64,000 nt of DNA, taken from assembly GCA_951406725.2 (NCBI GenBank), contig OX597825.1:23064001-23128000 (forward strand), read 5' to 3'. Below, one piece after another: positions 1-14,543 of the stretch (its first letter is position 1; each line of letters starts with the position of its first letter). A program made the translations under genes and the position numbers. The DNA is from Octopus vulgaris (taxonomy: Eukaryota). The notes beneath the pieces are model-generated. The model saw only the letters and a program-made list of their open reading frames with translations. It did no database searches and was not told where the DNA came from.

Positions 1-666
1 CACTTTGATCATAATAGGCAAGCAACATACATCCACAATCTGGCATTTTAACTACAAGACAATATGGACGAAGTTCTCGATATGATATTGCTGAGTTTCA
101 TGTAAATTCTAACCAATCAGATCTGTGACCACAGGAGTTTTTCTCATGCAAACCATGTCTTATCTGTATCGTCTAACTTGTTAATGTACTCTTTACTTTC
201 TTTAGAGAGTATGGGCTCCCATTTGAGGGAGATTAGGTTGTAATTTCGAGCATATTCGCCGATTATGCAAAATCTCCCATGTGGAGTCGTCATAATATTC
301 TCATAAATGTTTTACAGTTACGTAAACCATCATTTGGAGAAATTAGTAATATTTGTCGTGAAAAAGAGAAAAGAAAAGAAATAAACGGAGCAGAATCGAT
401 ATTGCTAATAACACATCCAAAATATTCCTATCAATCCACCCACAAAAGAAAAAATTCAAAAATCGGAAATAACACATAAAGAAAACAAAAAAACATATCT
501 GCAGTAATCATAACGAAAGATAAAATTCCAAACAAAACAAATTAGATAATATTTGCAATCTAAACAAATATTATGAGGAGAAAATGTATTAGTTTAAAAT
601 AAAATTAAATAAAAATGAACACGATTCTATAATTTTCTCTCATTCCCACCGCACTTCTTTCTCCTC

Positions 667-727
<61 letters not shown>

Positions 728-879
728 GCTTAATACAATGGCTCTTAGTCAATTTGAAATACATTTAGGAGCATATGTTCCGAATATTATAGGGTTACAT
801 TTAACTAAAATTAGTTTTGTGAGATGCCATGACTTATATATGTTGATGTGTCTTGGGGGAGTCATTGCGACAATATTAA

Positions 880-1240
880 AGATAACGCATGCAAAGTTTC
901 AATTCCATTTCTTTATTGTTAGTCAAATGGCTAAACATCTCATCAACTAATTAATCGATCGTTAGTTTAATGTGTTAGTTAGACAAGCAACGGCTTGTTT
1001 GTTTATTATTCAAAGATGTTTCGTTGCTGTTCGAGACATTTTCAATGACTTCACGAATTCCCTTCTTACTCCGAGATCTCCTCTGCATCCTTCTGAGAAT
1101 TGGTCTGATGCCTGACAGACATAACAAACAAACAACCGATTGATTTTTCTAACTAACATTAAACAAACAACCGGTTAGTTTGCTGATTAACCAATTGACT
1201 GATAATAAAGGAATGCAATTGAAGCTCTGCATATGTTATT
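880..1240. mobile_element. Diverged fold-back (MITE-like) element with ~130-bp imperfect inverted arms
   Basis: The stretch ~880-1010 (ataacgcatgcaaagtttcaattccatttctttattgttagtcaaatgg...) aligns by eye with the reverse complement of ~1115-1240 (...ccaattgactgataataaaggaatgcaattgaagctctgcatatgttat), with many mismatches. Confidence 0.55.
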
Positions 1241-1329
1241 ATTATTTTTGTTTTAATGTTTCTCCCAAAATGCTACAAAATTTGTTTCAACACACAAATC
1301 TACATTAAGAATCATACAAGCCAAATACA

Positions 1330-1934
<605 letters not shown>

Positions 1935-2190
1935 GAATTTGTTGAGAATGCACCTAAACTTGAAAAACTTGTAATTGTCTAAAATAAATATATTTACACA
2001 TATACCAATCTATTTCAACAATATTTTTTTTTGTTTATCACTGGTAAACATTTAGAATTATGAATTCGAAAAACGTCTTTAAAAGTTTCAATATTGACAA
2101 ATTTTGATGTTCATAATAGACAAATTTAGAATTATGAATTAGAAAAAACATGTTCAAAAATTCCGATGTTGAAAAGCTTAAATGTTCATT

Positions 2191-2259
<69 letters not shown>

Positions 2260-2329
2260 CAATGGGACGGATAATATCTGAAAGCAGGTCCAGGTGTTGT
2301 GAAGAACCAATTTGTACATGGGCTGTTTC

Positions 2330-2741
2330 TGAGAGATGTTCTATTGTACCTCTGTGTAATCTGGCCTACTTAACGTTGTTTTAATGATTCGGCATTAAGT
2401 GTTGCAGCATGCCTTTACAGATCTTGAGAAAGTCTGACCTCCATTCTGTCTTGGGACTCAATCAGACTTGCCACAATATGCTTTTGCCTTTGTTGAGAAA
2501 GTGTCCTCTCCCTTCTCTCTTGAGACTGTATTTGACGTACTGCAGCATGCGTCTGGTGATCTTTGGAAAGTGTCAGGTCCTTTCTGTATTGAGACTCCAC
2601 CTGACGTGCTGCCCTATGCCTTTGCTGATGTTGAGAAAGTTTCATGTTCCTTATGTCTTGAAACTCTCGCCTTCGGTTTTTTGCTCTCCTTCTTGCTTTA
2701 CATGTGTTTCTGGAGTGATTACGTTTTTTCTTTGGTGGCAT
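2330..2741 (-). pseudogene. Helitron RepHel N-terminal fragment (basic MPPKKKR start plus ESQ..R..RLSQ repeats)
   Basis: ORF 2415-2741 reads MPPKKKRNHSRNTCKARRRAK... followed by repeated RQxESQxxRxxxLSQ units, typical of Helitron N-termini. The repeats continue past stop codons, and no Rep or helicase domain is present. Confidence 0.55.
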
Positions 2742-2835
2742 ACTTTTTCAATATTTTAAGCAAAAAATTATGACCATTAAACAAAAATATACATTAATCT
2801 CTATTTTTGTAAGCAGTTGTGTATAGTATTCTTCT

Positions 2836-3030
2836 ATTCTTTTATTTGTTTCAGTCATTTGACTGCGGCCATGCGGGAGCACCGCCTTTAGTCGAACAAA
2901 TCGACCCCAGGACTTATTATTTGTAAGCCTAGTACTTATTCTATCGGTCTCTTTTTGCCGAACCGCTAAGTTACGGGGACGTGAACACACCAGCATCGGT
3001 TGTCCAGCCATGTTGGGGGACAAACACAAA
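2836..3030 (-). mobile_element. SINE family A, 3' half
   Basis: gtttcagtcatttgactgcggccatg...gaaccgctaag...acaccagcatcggttgtc matches the other family A copies. Confidence 0.85.
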
Positions 3031-3121
3031 CACACAAACATACGTACACACACACACATACACACACACACATACACACACACATACACACACACAAACA
3101 CACATATGTATATATATATAT

Positions 3122-3430
3122 ATGGAGGCGCAATGGCCCAGTGGTTAAGGCAGCGGACTCGCGGTCGCAGGGTCGCGGTTTTGATTCCCAGACCGGGCAT
3201 TGTGAGTATTTATTAAGCGAAAACACCTAAAGCTCCAAGAGTCTCCGGCAGGGGTGGGGGACCCTGCTGTACTCTTTCACCACAACTTTCTCTCAGTCTT
3301 TCTTTCTGTTTCTGTTGTACCTGTATTTCAAAAGGACAACCTTGTCACATTCTGTGTCACGCTGAATCTCTCCGAGAATTACGTTACGGGCACACGTGTC
3401 TGTGGAGTGCTCAGCCACTTGCACGTTAAT
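3122..3430 (+). mobile_element. tRNA-derived SINE family B, tail type 1
   Basis: Head ggaggcgcaatggcccagtggttaaggcagcggactcgcgg...gattcccagaccggg has A/B-box-like motifs. The tail is shared with 7463-7840. Confidence 0.85.
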
Positions 3431-3945
3431 AAATGAGCTTCGACGTCACTGCCACGTAATTGTTTTTGTCAAGAGTTTCACCTCCAGCCGTTCTCGTTAC
3501 ATATGTATATGTACGTGTGTGTTTAATAACGTATGTAACGGGTGCTCAAACGCACACACTCACAGACACATACACATTCATATACAAAATATGACGAAAC
3601 GCAAACATACACTCTGACATGCAGTCACATACATATAGTAAGAGAGACACATGCAGAAATACATTCACGCATGTCAATCGACACATATGTATATATATAT
3701 GTGTAGATGTGTGTATGGTTAATAAAGTACACGGTGCGGAAACACACACACACATTCAGAGAGACATACACATTCATACACCTACATAATACACCTACAT
3801 ACTCATATATGTGACGTCGTCGTCGTATAAAATGTCCTTTACTATCTTGTACGAGAAAGAAAAGAGATGAATAAACAGAGGGAGAAAAGGAAAAGAATTG
3901 GTTGAAAACTGTAGAAATGCATACGTACTACACACAAACACATAC

Positions 3946-3982
<37 letters not shown>

Positions 3983-4033
3983 GACATCCTTTCTTTTATA
4001 TATATAGATACACACACACACACACATATATAT

Positions 4034-4084
<51 letters not shown>

Positions 4085-5546
4085 TATAGATACATATATA
4101 TAATGTGTGCATAAATGCATATCTATATTTATATACGTATACATACATAAGTATACACACCCGTATGCATTTACAACTGAGAGGTAGTGTTCGCAATGGA
4201 ATTGGGTTTTGTGTAAATCACTTTTGCTAATCAGGTATTTTCATCGCAATATGCATGAAATTACAAATGATACTCACTTAAATGTTTTAAAGTATGGAAG
4301 CCTGTTCGATAATTACATGACAGAGATACTATAACGGTAAATTAATGAAAATAACATGTGTAGGAAGAGTTTGTAACTATAGTGTTATACAAGCTATCCA
4401 GACTTTAAAATTAAGTTGTATAAAATTTATACAAATAACGTTTTTATTGCCTGAATATTATTATTGTTAAACCAATGAGTTGTAATAAAATGAATGCAAT
4501 TTTGACACAAAATTATAAAGAATTGCATAATATTAGGTATTTGTGAAAACAGGCATACTAAAGAAAAAACTTAGGAATATATCAGCATTACTTAAATTAA
4601 GTATTCAGGTTTGTCAGAATATCTTTTATTTTTACTACGTAAAATGATAGGGGGAAAAGGCTGGGAAGTAAGAATAACTGTTGAAGAAGTATATAGGTTG
4701 CAGTAGGCGTAGTATAGACGTATGGCTAAGAGGTTCACTTTGCAATCATGAGTTTCATGAATTTTTCTGGCTTTAACCTGGTGTGGAAATTCAGCGTGTA
4801 GAGGGAGATGCTACTTGCTTCCTACTCCCAGAAAATTCCTTGAAAGATGATGAGAGTAGCGAATATAGTACATGCGAGCAGGCCCACGCAAAGCACGCAT
4901 GTATTTGCACGTCGCAAAATTAAGTGAGGGAGAGAATACTTGACCTTAGAAGACAGAGTCATCGAGGTTTTATGGGGATTTGACCTAAGAAGCTATCCCT
5001 CCTATTGGAGAATTTTTTGCTGGAATTTTTTTGCTTTCTTTTGTTAATTCGCTCCTTTTTTATATCAAATGGAACCCACTGCCAAGTTTGTATTTTCTCT
5101 TGTGCTATCTCTACTTTCTTCGGGTCCTTGTGGCTAATAAAGGAAGTATAATTACTCTTATTTTCACTGTTCTTATTGATGATGTAGTTGATGCTATTGC
5201 TGAGTTTTTATTCTATTCACAGAATTGCACTCTAAACAGCTATTTTTTTACTATATTGTGTCGCGTAGCGATGGCTGTCATCCAAATTATCGTAAAGATT
5301 GCCCTGATGGCTCACTTTATCAAAGATAAGTAAGTAGTTGTGGCCTGAATGGAGGCACTAGTGACAGAGGAATTTAGTTGATTAAAACTGAAATAGTTAA
5401 TGGAAAAGCTTTTTTCTCTCGGCTATTCAGCATTTTATGTATCATTTGAAGCAGATGATAATGCCAGCGAAAGAGAAGCATTGTTCTTCACTACAGTGAT
5501 ATCAGATCTATATTGCTCTTACTTGGCTGTTAAGGTCGCGGTGCGT

Positions 5547-5611
<65 letters not shown>

Positions 5612-5921
5612 GTGGAGGCGCAATGGCCCAGTGGTTAGGGCAGCGGACTCGCGGTTGTAGGATCGCGGTTTCGATTCCCGAACCGGGTGTTGTGTATGTT
5701 TATTGAGCGAAAACACCTAAAGCTCCACGCGGTTCTGGCAGGGGATGGTAGCGATCCCTGCTGTACTCTTTCGCCACAACTTTCTCTCACTCTTTCTTCT
5801 GTTGGCCTGCTCGCTTAGCCAGCGGGGTAGCGTCATTTGAAGGCTAAATCAATGTAAAGAGCATTGTGACTAGCGATGTGTAGCAACATCTCATAGCCTG
5901 GTCGGTCACGGTGATCGGTGA
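5612..5921 (+). mobile_element. tRNA-derived SINE family B, tail type 2
   Basis: Same head as 3122. Tail ggcctgctcgcttagccagcgggg...ggtcggtcacggtgatc also occurs alone at 14310-14428. Confidence 0.85.
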
Positions 5922-6097
5922 TATATATATATATATATATATATAAGCATTTCGAACTGTATACTGCCCATTCTCAGACATTTCTGAAGTTGTTCCTAAT
6001 TCAGAAATTCAGAAAACTTTATATAGATATACAGCTTCAATCGAACACTGTAGAAACACTGTAGAAACGAATACTCTTTTACTGTCTTATTATTTTT

Positions 6098-6290
6098 CTT
6101 GTTTCAGTCATTTGACTGTGGCCATGCTAGAGCACCACCTTTTAGTCGAGCAAATCGACCCCAGGACTTATTCTTTGTAAGCCCAGTACTTATTCTATCG
6201 GTCTCTTTTGCCGAACCGCTAAGTTACGGGGCGTAAACACACCAGCATCGGTTGTCAAGCGATATTGGGGGGACAAACACAGACACACAA

Positions 6291-6325
<35 letters not shown>

Positions 6326-6537
6326 AGTACATTAAAAGGCCCCTAAATATATATATATATATATATATATTTACGACGGGATTCTTTCAGTTTCCGTCTA
6401 CCAAATCCACTCACAAGGCTTTGGTCGGTCCGAGGCTATAGTAGAAGACACTTCCTCAAGTTGCCATGCAGTAGGACTGAACCCGGAACCATGTGGTTGG
6501 TAAGCAAGCTACTTACCACACAGCCACTCCTACACCT
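6098..6537 (-). mobile_element. SINE family A, full length with internal (CA)/(TA) microsatellite
   Basis: tRNA-like head (ggagtggctgtgtggtaag...ggttcagtcc), central microsatellite and a 3' gactgaaacaag tail. Confidence 0.9.
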
Positions 6538-7462
6538 ATGCAGTTTTATTTCATATCATGCCCATCTCTTTTCTGGTGTAGGATCTAATCATCCTTAATC
6601 GTCCAAATATCTTCTTTTGCTTTTCCTTTGAATATATATCTCTTTTCTACATAGTTGAAAATGAACTTCGCAAACCTCATATGCTCCGTCCATGCTTTTA
6701 GTTTCGACCCTAACAGTCTTCATTAACGCACAACGCTCGACTCTGTATTTCCGTCTCCCAAAAACTTCAGACTCACGTTACATGTTACAGAAGTTATCCA
6801 GAATATTTACAGGTTTAAGAATAATTTTGGTGGCCAACACTGGAATACTGGAACGCTATACCGTAATGATGGCTATTTTAAAACTCGAAAGTTAATATAA
6901 AAACTTAATGAATCATATATTAGGATTCTCTAACCGATATTGGCTGTATATTTGAAGACCTTCATGAGATGCAAATTACCTCTTAGGTATTTATTCCTCA
7001 TTTAGTAAACAGATAAGTTTCCGAGAAATCTATGAGACGAGTAGTTTTCCTTCGTTAAATTAATTCTATAAGTTAAGAATTTCATAAGGAAGCCATAATA
7101 TTCATTATTTTCTCTTCTTTCTGTGACTTTTCCTCGCATAATCGGCACTATTTCCAATTACGAATTTCGTCTTCCTCTTTAAAAAAAATACAAAATTATA
7201 AAGATGAACAGATAAACATTTATTATTTACTTCTATTTCCTTGTTTGAGTCTTAATTAGATCTACATCCGTAGAAATTCCACCTCAAATACAAAAACATT
7301 TAAATATCCATTAAAAAGTTACAGACGGTATAATTTATTATCGAGTCGAGAAGACAACGTCCACTCAATGGTTTAAGTCAGCGGTTCGTATCCTGGCAAA
7401 GGCACTGGTTAGTGGTGTTGGCGAAGACATACAGCCCTGGCTCAGTCTATGATAATTGGTGG

Positions 7463-7840
7463 AAGCACTCCGTCGGTTACGACGACGAGGGTTCCGGTTG
7501 ATCCGAATCAACGGAACAGCCTGCTCGTGAAATTAACGTGTAAGTGGCTGAGCACTCCACAGACACGTGCACCCTTTACGTAGTTCTCGGGGATATTCAG
7601 CGTGACACAGAGAGTGACAAGGCCTTGAAATACAGGTACAACAGAAACAGGAAGTAAGAGTGAGAGAAAGTTGTGGCGAAAGAGTACAGCAGGGATCACC
7701 ACCATCCCCTGCCGGAGCCGCGTGGAGCTTTTAGGTGTTTTCGCTCAATAAACACTCACAACGCCCGGTCTGGGAATCGAAACCGCGATCCTATGACCGC
7801 GAGTCCGGCTGCCCTAACCACTGGGCCATTGCGCCTCCAC
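7463..7840 (-). mobile_element. SINE family B, tail type 1, full length
   Basis: Reverse complement of the family B head at ~7740-7840 plus the complete tail. Confidence 0.85.
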
Positions 7841-8227
7841 CTATGGTAATTATAACCAGATATCACATGATCAGGTGATCGATCAGACTATCAGATGTTA
7901 TACATCGTTGGTCACAATAGACTTTGCATCGTTTCAACTAACAAATGATACCACCCAAATACCTAGGCGAGCAGGCCAGCATTCCCCTGGTCGGAAGGCT
8001 ACTGGGTCGCAGGGTTATCCATTTACAGCGATGGAGCAACGTAAAATGCAATATTTTGCTCAAGAACACAGCGCGCAGCTGGTCTGGGAATCGAAACCAC
8101 GATCTTATTATCGGGAACACAGCGCGCCTATCCGCTATGTCATGCGCCTTCAGATAACCTGATATTGTTCGTCGCTGTAAGTTGGACAACTATTGTATTA
8201 GGTTTGCTTTGATATGGAGTTCATCTG

Positions 8228-8645
8228 AAGGCGGCGAGCTGGCAGAAACGTTAGCACGCCGGGCGAAATGCGTAGCCGTATTTCGTCTGCTTGTTACGTT
8301 CTGAGTTCAAATTCCGCCGAGGTTGATTTTTGCCTTTCATCCTTTCGGGGTCGATAAATTAAGTACCAGTTACGCACTGGAGTCGATGTAATCGACTTAA
8401 TCTGTTTGTCTGTCCTTCTTTGTTCTCTCTGTGTTTAGCCCCTTGTGGGTAGTAAAGAAATACGTATTTCGTCTGCTGTTACGTTCTGAGTTCAAATTCC
8501 GCCGAGGTTGATTTTGCCTTTCATCCTTTCGGGGTCGATGAATTAAGTACCACTTAGGCACTGGAGTCGATGTAATCGACTTAATCCGTTTGTCTGTCCT
8601 TGTTTGTCCCCTCTATGTTTAGCCCCTTGTGGGTAATAACGAAAC
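8228..8645 (+). mobile_element. SINE family C with internal tandem duplication and ~15-bp TSD
   Basis: aaggcggcgagctggcagaaacgttagcacgccggg...gcctttcatcctttcggggtcgataaattaagtaccag; the body repeats from ~8464. Flanks are gatatggagttcatct / gatattgagttcatct. Confidence 0.85.
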
Positions 8646-9289
8646 AGATATTGAGTTCATCTCCTTTTGTACGTATGTTTTGATTTTTTGATCTTACCGA
8701 TTCTTGTTGACCAGGGGTTGAAAATAAACGAGGAACTTTGGCAAATAGATTTATTACACTGATGTCTGACACGTTGTGTAACGCATTTTGTTTTTGATTG
8801 AGAACCTGAGGTGAGCACCAGTGAGCAGAACTGACAAAATGTTATATTTAAGAAGGATTATCGCGCTTACATCGCTGGTCGGATGAGGCTATTTTGCTTA
8901 GTCTGCGCCAACAATACATTTAAATATTAAACAACAACTGGCTTTTGAGTGCCATTAAAAGCTTTTACATTTCCCTTAAAGATGCAGGAATACGATTAAT
9001 GTTATCAATTTTAATCTCATATGTTATTAAACATTAAGCATTTTCTGCTTATACTGGGCTGGTATTTAATCAAATATTTTGAAGAAACGAGAATAAATAA
9101 GAAAAAAAAAGGAAAAACGGGAAAAGAAGGAGAGACAGCGGAAAATATGTTGAAACCAGTTTTGAACGCTCAGTTACGTCGCCAACATCACTAATACACC
9201 CAGCGACGGTTTCCTTTACTCATATCTCCATTGGTTTAAGAATATAATAATTTGTTTTGTTTTTATTAAAAGACACCAATATGTTGGTC

Positions 9290-9897
9290 CAGGCGTGGCT
9301 TTGTGGTAAGAAGCTTGGTTCCTAATAGCATAATACCGCGTTCAGTACCACTGCGTAGCACCTAGGACAAGTGTCTCCTACTATAATCGCGGGCCCACCA
9401 AAACCTTGTGAGTGGATTTGGTAGACGGAAACAGAAAGAAGCTCGTCTTATATGACTATGTATGTATGTATGTATGTATGTATGTATGTATGTATGTATG
9501 TATGTATGTATGTATGTATGTATGTATGTATGTATGTATGTATGTATGTATGTATGTATGTATGTATGTATGTATGTATGTATGTATGTATGTATGTATG
9601 TATGTATGTATGTATGTATGTATGTATGTATGTATGTATGTATGTATGTATGTATGTATGTATGTATGTATGTATGTATTTGTGTGTGTGTGTTCGTGTC
9701 TGTGTTTGTCCCTCACCACCGCTTAAAAAACAGTTTTGGTGTGTTTACGCTCCCGTAACTTATCGGTCCGACAAACGAGACGAAAACATACGCACCAGGC
9801 CTTTAAAAAAATAGGTACTGGGGTCCATTCCTTCGACTAAAAATTTGCCAACTTTGCCGCAGTCTAATGACTCGGGCAAGTAAAAGATAAAAGATAA
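9290..9897 (+). mobile_element. Diverged SINE family A with expanded internal (TATG)n
   Basis: Head ~9290-9450, (TATG)n 9457-9678, tail to ~9897. Confidence 0.8.
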
Positions 9898-9981
9898 TAT
9901 CTGTTGTTTGTTTCTGAGTCAATATGCTTTCATTTCGCTTTTATTGATAATATTCCCTGAGAATTCAAAAGACCCTCATAT

Positions 9982-10403
9982 AGGCGCAGGAGTGGCTGTG
10001 TGGTAAGTAGCTTGCTAACTAACCACATGGTTCCAGGTTCAGTCCCACTGCGTGGCATCTTGGGCAAGTGTTTTCTGCTATAGCCCCGGGCTGACCAATG
10101 CCTTGTGAGTGGATTTGGTAGACGGAAACTGAAAGAAGCCTGTCGTATATATGTATATATATATATGTGTGTGTATGTGTGTGTGTTTGTGTGTGTGTGT
10201 TTGTCCCCCTAGCATTGCTTGACAACCGATGCTGGTGTGTTTACGTCCCCGTCGCTTAGCGGTTCGGCAAAAGAGACCGATAGAATAAGTACTGGGCTTA
10301 CAAAGAATAAGTCCCAGGTTCGATTTGCTCGACTAAAGGCGGTGCTCCAGCATAGCCGCAGCCAAATGACTGTAACAAGTAAAAGAGAAAAGAGTAAAGA
10401 GTA
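9982..10403 (+). mobile_element. SINE family A, full length. Further copies at ~22997-23411(-), 29040-29448(+), 30221-30616(-), 32631-32853(+), 42197-42400(+), 42480-42877(-), 48670-49308(-), 54367-54798(-), 58745-59080(+), 59595-59990(-), 62343-62600(-)
   Basis: ggcgcaggagtggctgtgtggtaagtagcttgc...ggttcagtcccactgcg head, internal microsatellite, tail ending in gtaaaagag repeats. Many near-identical copies lie in the window. Confidence 0.92.
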
Positions 10404-10922
10404 AGCCATCGGTTATTTACTAAATAAAAACGAAAATATTGAGTTTTACTTATTAGCACGAGAAATAAACAGAAACCATGGGCAAACAGTTATTGCAAGA
10501 ATCCAGTATATCTGAAATGAATAGATGCAGTTTAAACCCACCATTGTATTTGTGAGTGATCGAACCATTGAGCTGAAAGAACTGCTGAAGGTTTTGTATT
10601 TAGGAAAAGGCAACATAAATCAAGTTATTCTTGTTATACAAAAGATGTTAAAGTCAGCAATACATATTCTTAAAACACACGTGTCAATGATTCAAAGCTT
10701 TTTGACAGCAGCTATGATCAATGCTGTTGGTATTTCAATACAAAATACAAACCGTCAAAACCTACATAGTTTAAGACATTCACTCAATTGCTCTATCGTG
10801 TTATGTTTTCGTATACACATGGATCTCAAATGGCATAACTTAACGAAAGGGAGCAGAGTCGATTTATTCGATGATTGTTCTTGAACTATGCTTGATTTAT
10901 CGATCTTGGATCGACAGAAGGC

Positions 10923-11374
10923 GGATCTTTTCGGTTTGAACAGCAGTTTTTTCTAGCGGTGTCATATGAAATTGCCACCCATAATTATGACCCTAGTATC
11001 TATCTATTGCATTTCAATCTGTTTTAGGGTTAGGGTTAGTTAGGGTTAGTCATGGTTAGTTAGGGTTAGGGTTAGGAGTGTGGGAAGGGTATCTTTTTTT
11101 CTTCTCAAATGTAAATAAACCCAATCTGTTTCTTAAACGAGGGACATATTCATACAGCACAGAATGTTTGTTACCTCAATAGACGTCAGTGTTTGGTTGA
11201 AATTACAGAAATTGAAGAAAAAAAACAACAAATATCTTACAAACTATAGAATTTTTTCAATAAAGCCAAGAGAAAAAGATGTTTTATAAACACATTCTAC
11301 CAGTATACGAAGTTTAAAATTTTTTAGTTACCTAGAAATTATGTTAAAAACTACCGTTCAAACCGAAAACATCC
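10923..11374. mobile_element. MITE with ~30-bp TIRs, 8-bp TSD and internal TTAGGG repeats (copy 1)
   Basis: TIR ggatcttttcggtttgaacagcagttttt / aaaaactaccgttcaaaccgaaaacatcc. TSD cagaaggc / cagaatgc (1 mismatch). ttagggttagggttagtt tract at ~11023-11076. Confidence 0.88.
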
Positions 11375-11602
11375 CAGAATGCAAATAAACTTCGACTGGT
11401 TTTAAGCCCCAAATGTTGCGCTTCTGCCGAACATTTTGTTCTTCATTCCAGTGATCATACTATTAGCCCCACTAAAATACTTATCAAGTCAGCTAAGATA
11501 GATGTGGTCATTCTACCTTCCGTATATAACAGTTAATTCATCCTCAAATCATATGCTAGCCCCTTTTAAAAAGCAAACTTGAGACGCAGAAAAATAATGC
11601 AG

Positions 11603-12023
11603 GGATCTTTTCAGTTTGAACGGCAGTTTTTCCTAGCGGTGTCATATGAAATTGTCACCCATCATTATGACCCTAGTATCGATCTATTGCATTGCAACCT
11701 GTTTTAGGGTTAGCGTTAGTTAGGGTTAGGAGTGGGGGAAGGGTATTTTTTTTCACAAATGTAAATAAACCCAATCTGTTTCTTAAACGAGGGAATATTC
11801 ATACGGCACAGAATGTTTTTACCTGAATAGACGTCAGTGATTGGTTGAAATTACAGAAACTGAAGAAAAAAAACAACAAATATCTTACAAACTATAAGAA
11901 TTTTCTCAATAAAGCCAAGAGAAAAAGATGTTTTAAAAACACATTCTACCAGTATACGAAGTTTAAAATTTTTTAGTTACCTAGAAATTATGTTAAAAAC
12001 TGCCGTCCAAACCGAAAAGCTCC
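11603..12023. mobile_element. MITE with ~30-bp TIRs, 8-bp TSD and internal TTAGGG repeats (copy 2)
   Basis: TIR ggatcttttcagtttgaacggcagttttt / aaaaactgccgtccaaaccgaaaagctcc. Perfect TSD taatgcag at 11595-11602 and 12024-12031. Confidence 0.9.
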
Positions 12024-13569
12024 TAATGCAGTTCAAAATAATCTACGTAAAGAAATATTTTGTGGTTCCGGGCGTCTTTAATTCTAAGTCTAATTGATTA
12101 GGACAGTTTTAGAGGCAAAAGAAAATCACAGAAGTAAGACATTTTGGATAAGAAAGGATGGTCATGGATGTAACACATATAACCCTAAGTCTATATGGTG
12201 AAGATTGATCTGAGATTTAACAGCAATAATAACCGCTGGTATTTTTTACCTTTTTCGTCATTTTTTTCTGCTATTGACTCTGAACTGTGTTAAACAATAT
12301 GAAGTACCGTAGTTATTTAAACGCAAGTTTTCAAATAAAGAAACTACATTTTTAAACAGTAAACACTTTTTCTTAGTTCAGCACTGTACCGTTTCTACAA
12401 ATTATATAAGAAAAAAAAACACCTCAAAGTCGTACACGAAAACTAGATCGCTCTCGATAATTCAATAATACAAATGTTGGTTATATTTAGAGTAGATTCA
12501 CACAGATAATGGTGAGTATGACAGAGGTGACAGTTCAGGATTAGATACTTAGCTAAACTTTGAGCAAATTGCATGTATCTTTTAGTGAATGAAACAAAAC
12601 TTTGTGTATCATACATATCAAAAATGCAGGGTGGAAGAAATGTCCGTAATTCATTTAATGTTCTTCATATCATACTAAACATTCAACTGTAACCAATTTA
12701 TCAAAACAGTGTTGTTTAAAAGAGGTTTATTATATCATTACGGTGGGTGCTCAACCAAGCATCCTTCTTTTATCACACATTCTACACGTCGTTGTAAATA
12801 ATGGATAGCATTGCGCGGTTCAACTCAATAAATTCCTCTCTTTATTATCTTATTTTGTCTTCGGCGTGTCTTTCTCTTCCTGTGGTTTTCTATAACAAAT
12901 ATTATACAAAAGTTTTACAAATCTTCTTTGTGCAGTCTTTTTATCGATCGCTATAGATTCTTCACTTTGTAGCCTTTCTAAGGATACATACATTCAATTG
13001 TATTCAACTGAAGCTTGTATAGATAAGCACCGTTTAAGAAGATATTTCTTTTCCCGTTTTTCCTTTTTTTTTCCTTATTTATTTCTTGTTTTCTTTCCTT
13101 TTTCTTTTTTTTTTTTTTCGTTTCTTCAAAATATTTGATTAAATACTTTTAGCTGAAAGAATTATCTTAGAGGCCATGGTTCAACTTTTAAAAAGAGATT
13201 GCTTCTTTGGCACTATCATTACTAACTATAGAATAATTTCCTAATTCCCAGCTAAATATGCAAATTCTTATTAATCTGAAATATAGAATTATGGTTTCCA
13301 AGTTAGTCACAGGGCCGACAATTTGGCGAGAGAGGTAGAGCCGATTTAATAGGCATCAATATTTGTTTGATACATTATCGGCACCAGAAAGAAAGCCTCT
13401 TTGCAGATAATAACTGGCAAACCGACAAAGCAACATCAGAGGAGAACAGCAAAGTGTGATATTACGGTTAATAGACACAAACACACATTAACACACAAAT
13501 ACACACACAAACATATACATACATGCATACACACTCACACATACATATACAAACACATATATATATATA

Positions 13570-13607
<38 letters not shown>

Positions 13608-13815
13608 CATGTATGTATATGGATATACATATATACGGGTATGTCTGTGTGGGTGAAATTTCGCTTTACTCTCAGCACTGTTCCTTATAACCCAAACTAC
13701 TCAAAGCAATTGTTCATTTGTTATGCATTTACTAAGTAAAGTATAAATAAATTTGCATGTGCGTGTTTGTGTGTATTTGTGTGCTTGTGTATGTTTGTGT
13801 GTGTGTGTGTGTGAG

Positions 13816-13857
<42 letters not shown>

Positions 13858-14133
13858 GGTGTGTGTGTGGATGCTTACAGACATAGGAGAATTAGAAAAA
13901 AATGAATGAAGTAAACAACCAACTGAACTTTCTTCACCATGATCTCAACGCGTAACAAATGACAGTAGAAATCGTTGAAGCAATGGTCGGAGGAAACAGC
14001 GAGTTGTATTATGATCGATGATCCCACGCTTATGCTATGGGAATGCGCATCGATGAAGCAACATACGTGTAGTTTATGCAGGTACGTATGAATATATATA
14101 TATATATATATATATATAGATAGATAGATAGAT

Positions 14134-14248
<115 letters not shown>

Positions 14249-14254
14249 CATACA

Positions 14255-14290
<36 letters not shown>

Positions 14291-14455
14291 TATACATATA
14301 TATACACACTGGCCTGCTCGCTTAGCCAGCGGGGTGGCGTCATTTGAAGGCTAAAACAATGCGAAGCGAATTGTGACCAGCGATGTGTAGCAACATCTGA
14401 GAGCCTGGTCGGTCACGGTGATCGGTGATATACACACACACACGTATATATATAT

Positions 14456-14493
14456 AGAATCATTAAAGAATTTTCTTTGGCTTCTTAGCATTT

Positions 14494-14543
<50 letters not shown>

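Noticed and set aside
5612-5690. tRNA gene-like sequences (also 3122, 9982 and others)
   Set aside because: They continue directly into SINE bodies and lack a clean cloverleaf, so they are SINE heads.
11023-11076. Telomere or chromosome-fusion remnant
   Set aside because: The short degenerate tract is internal to a TIR/TSD-bounded MITE present twice.
9062-13146. ~65-bp inverted similarity (9062-9127 vs 13046-13146) as TIRs of a 4-kb transposon
   Set aside because: The match is mostly low-complexity A/G-rich sequence, with no TSD or transposase remnant seen.
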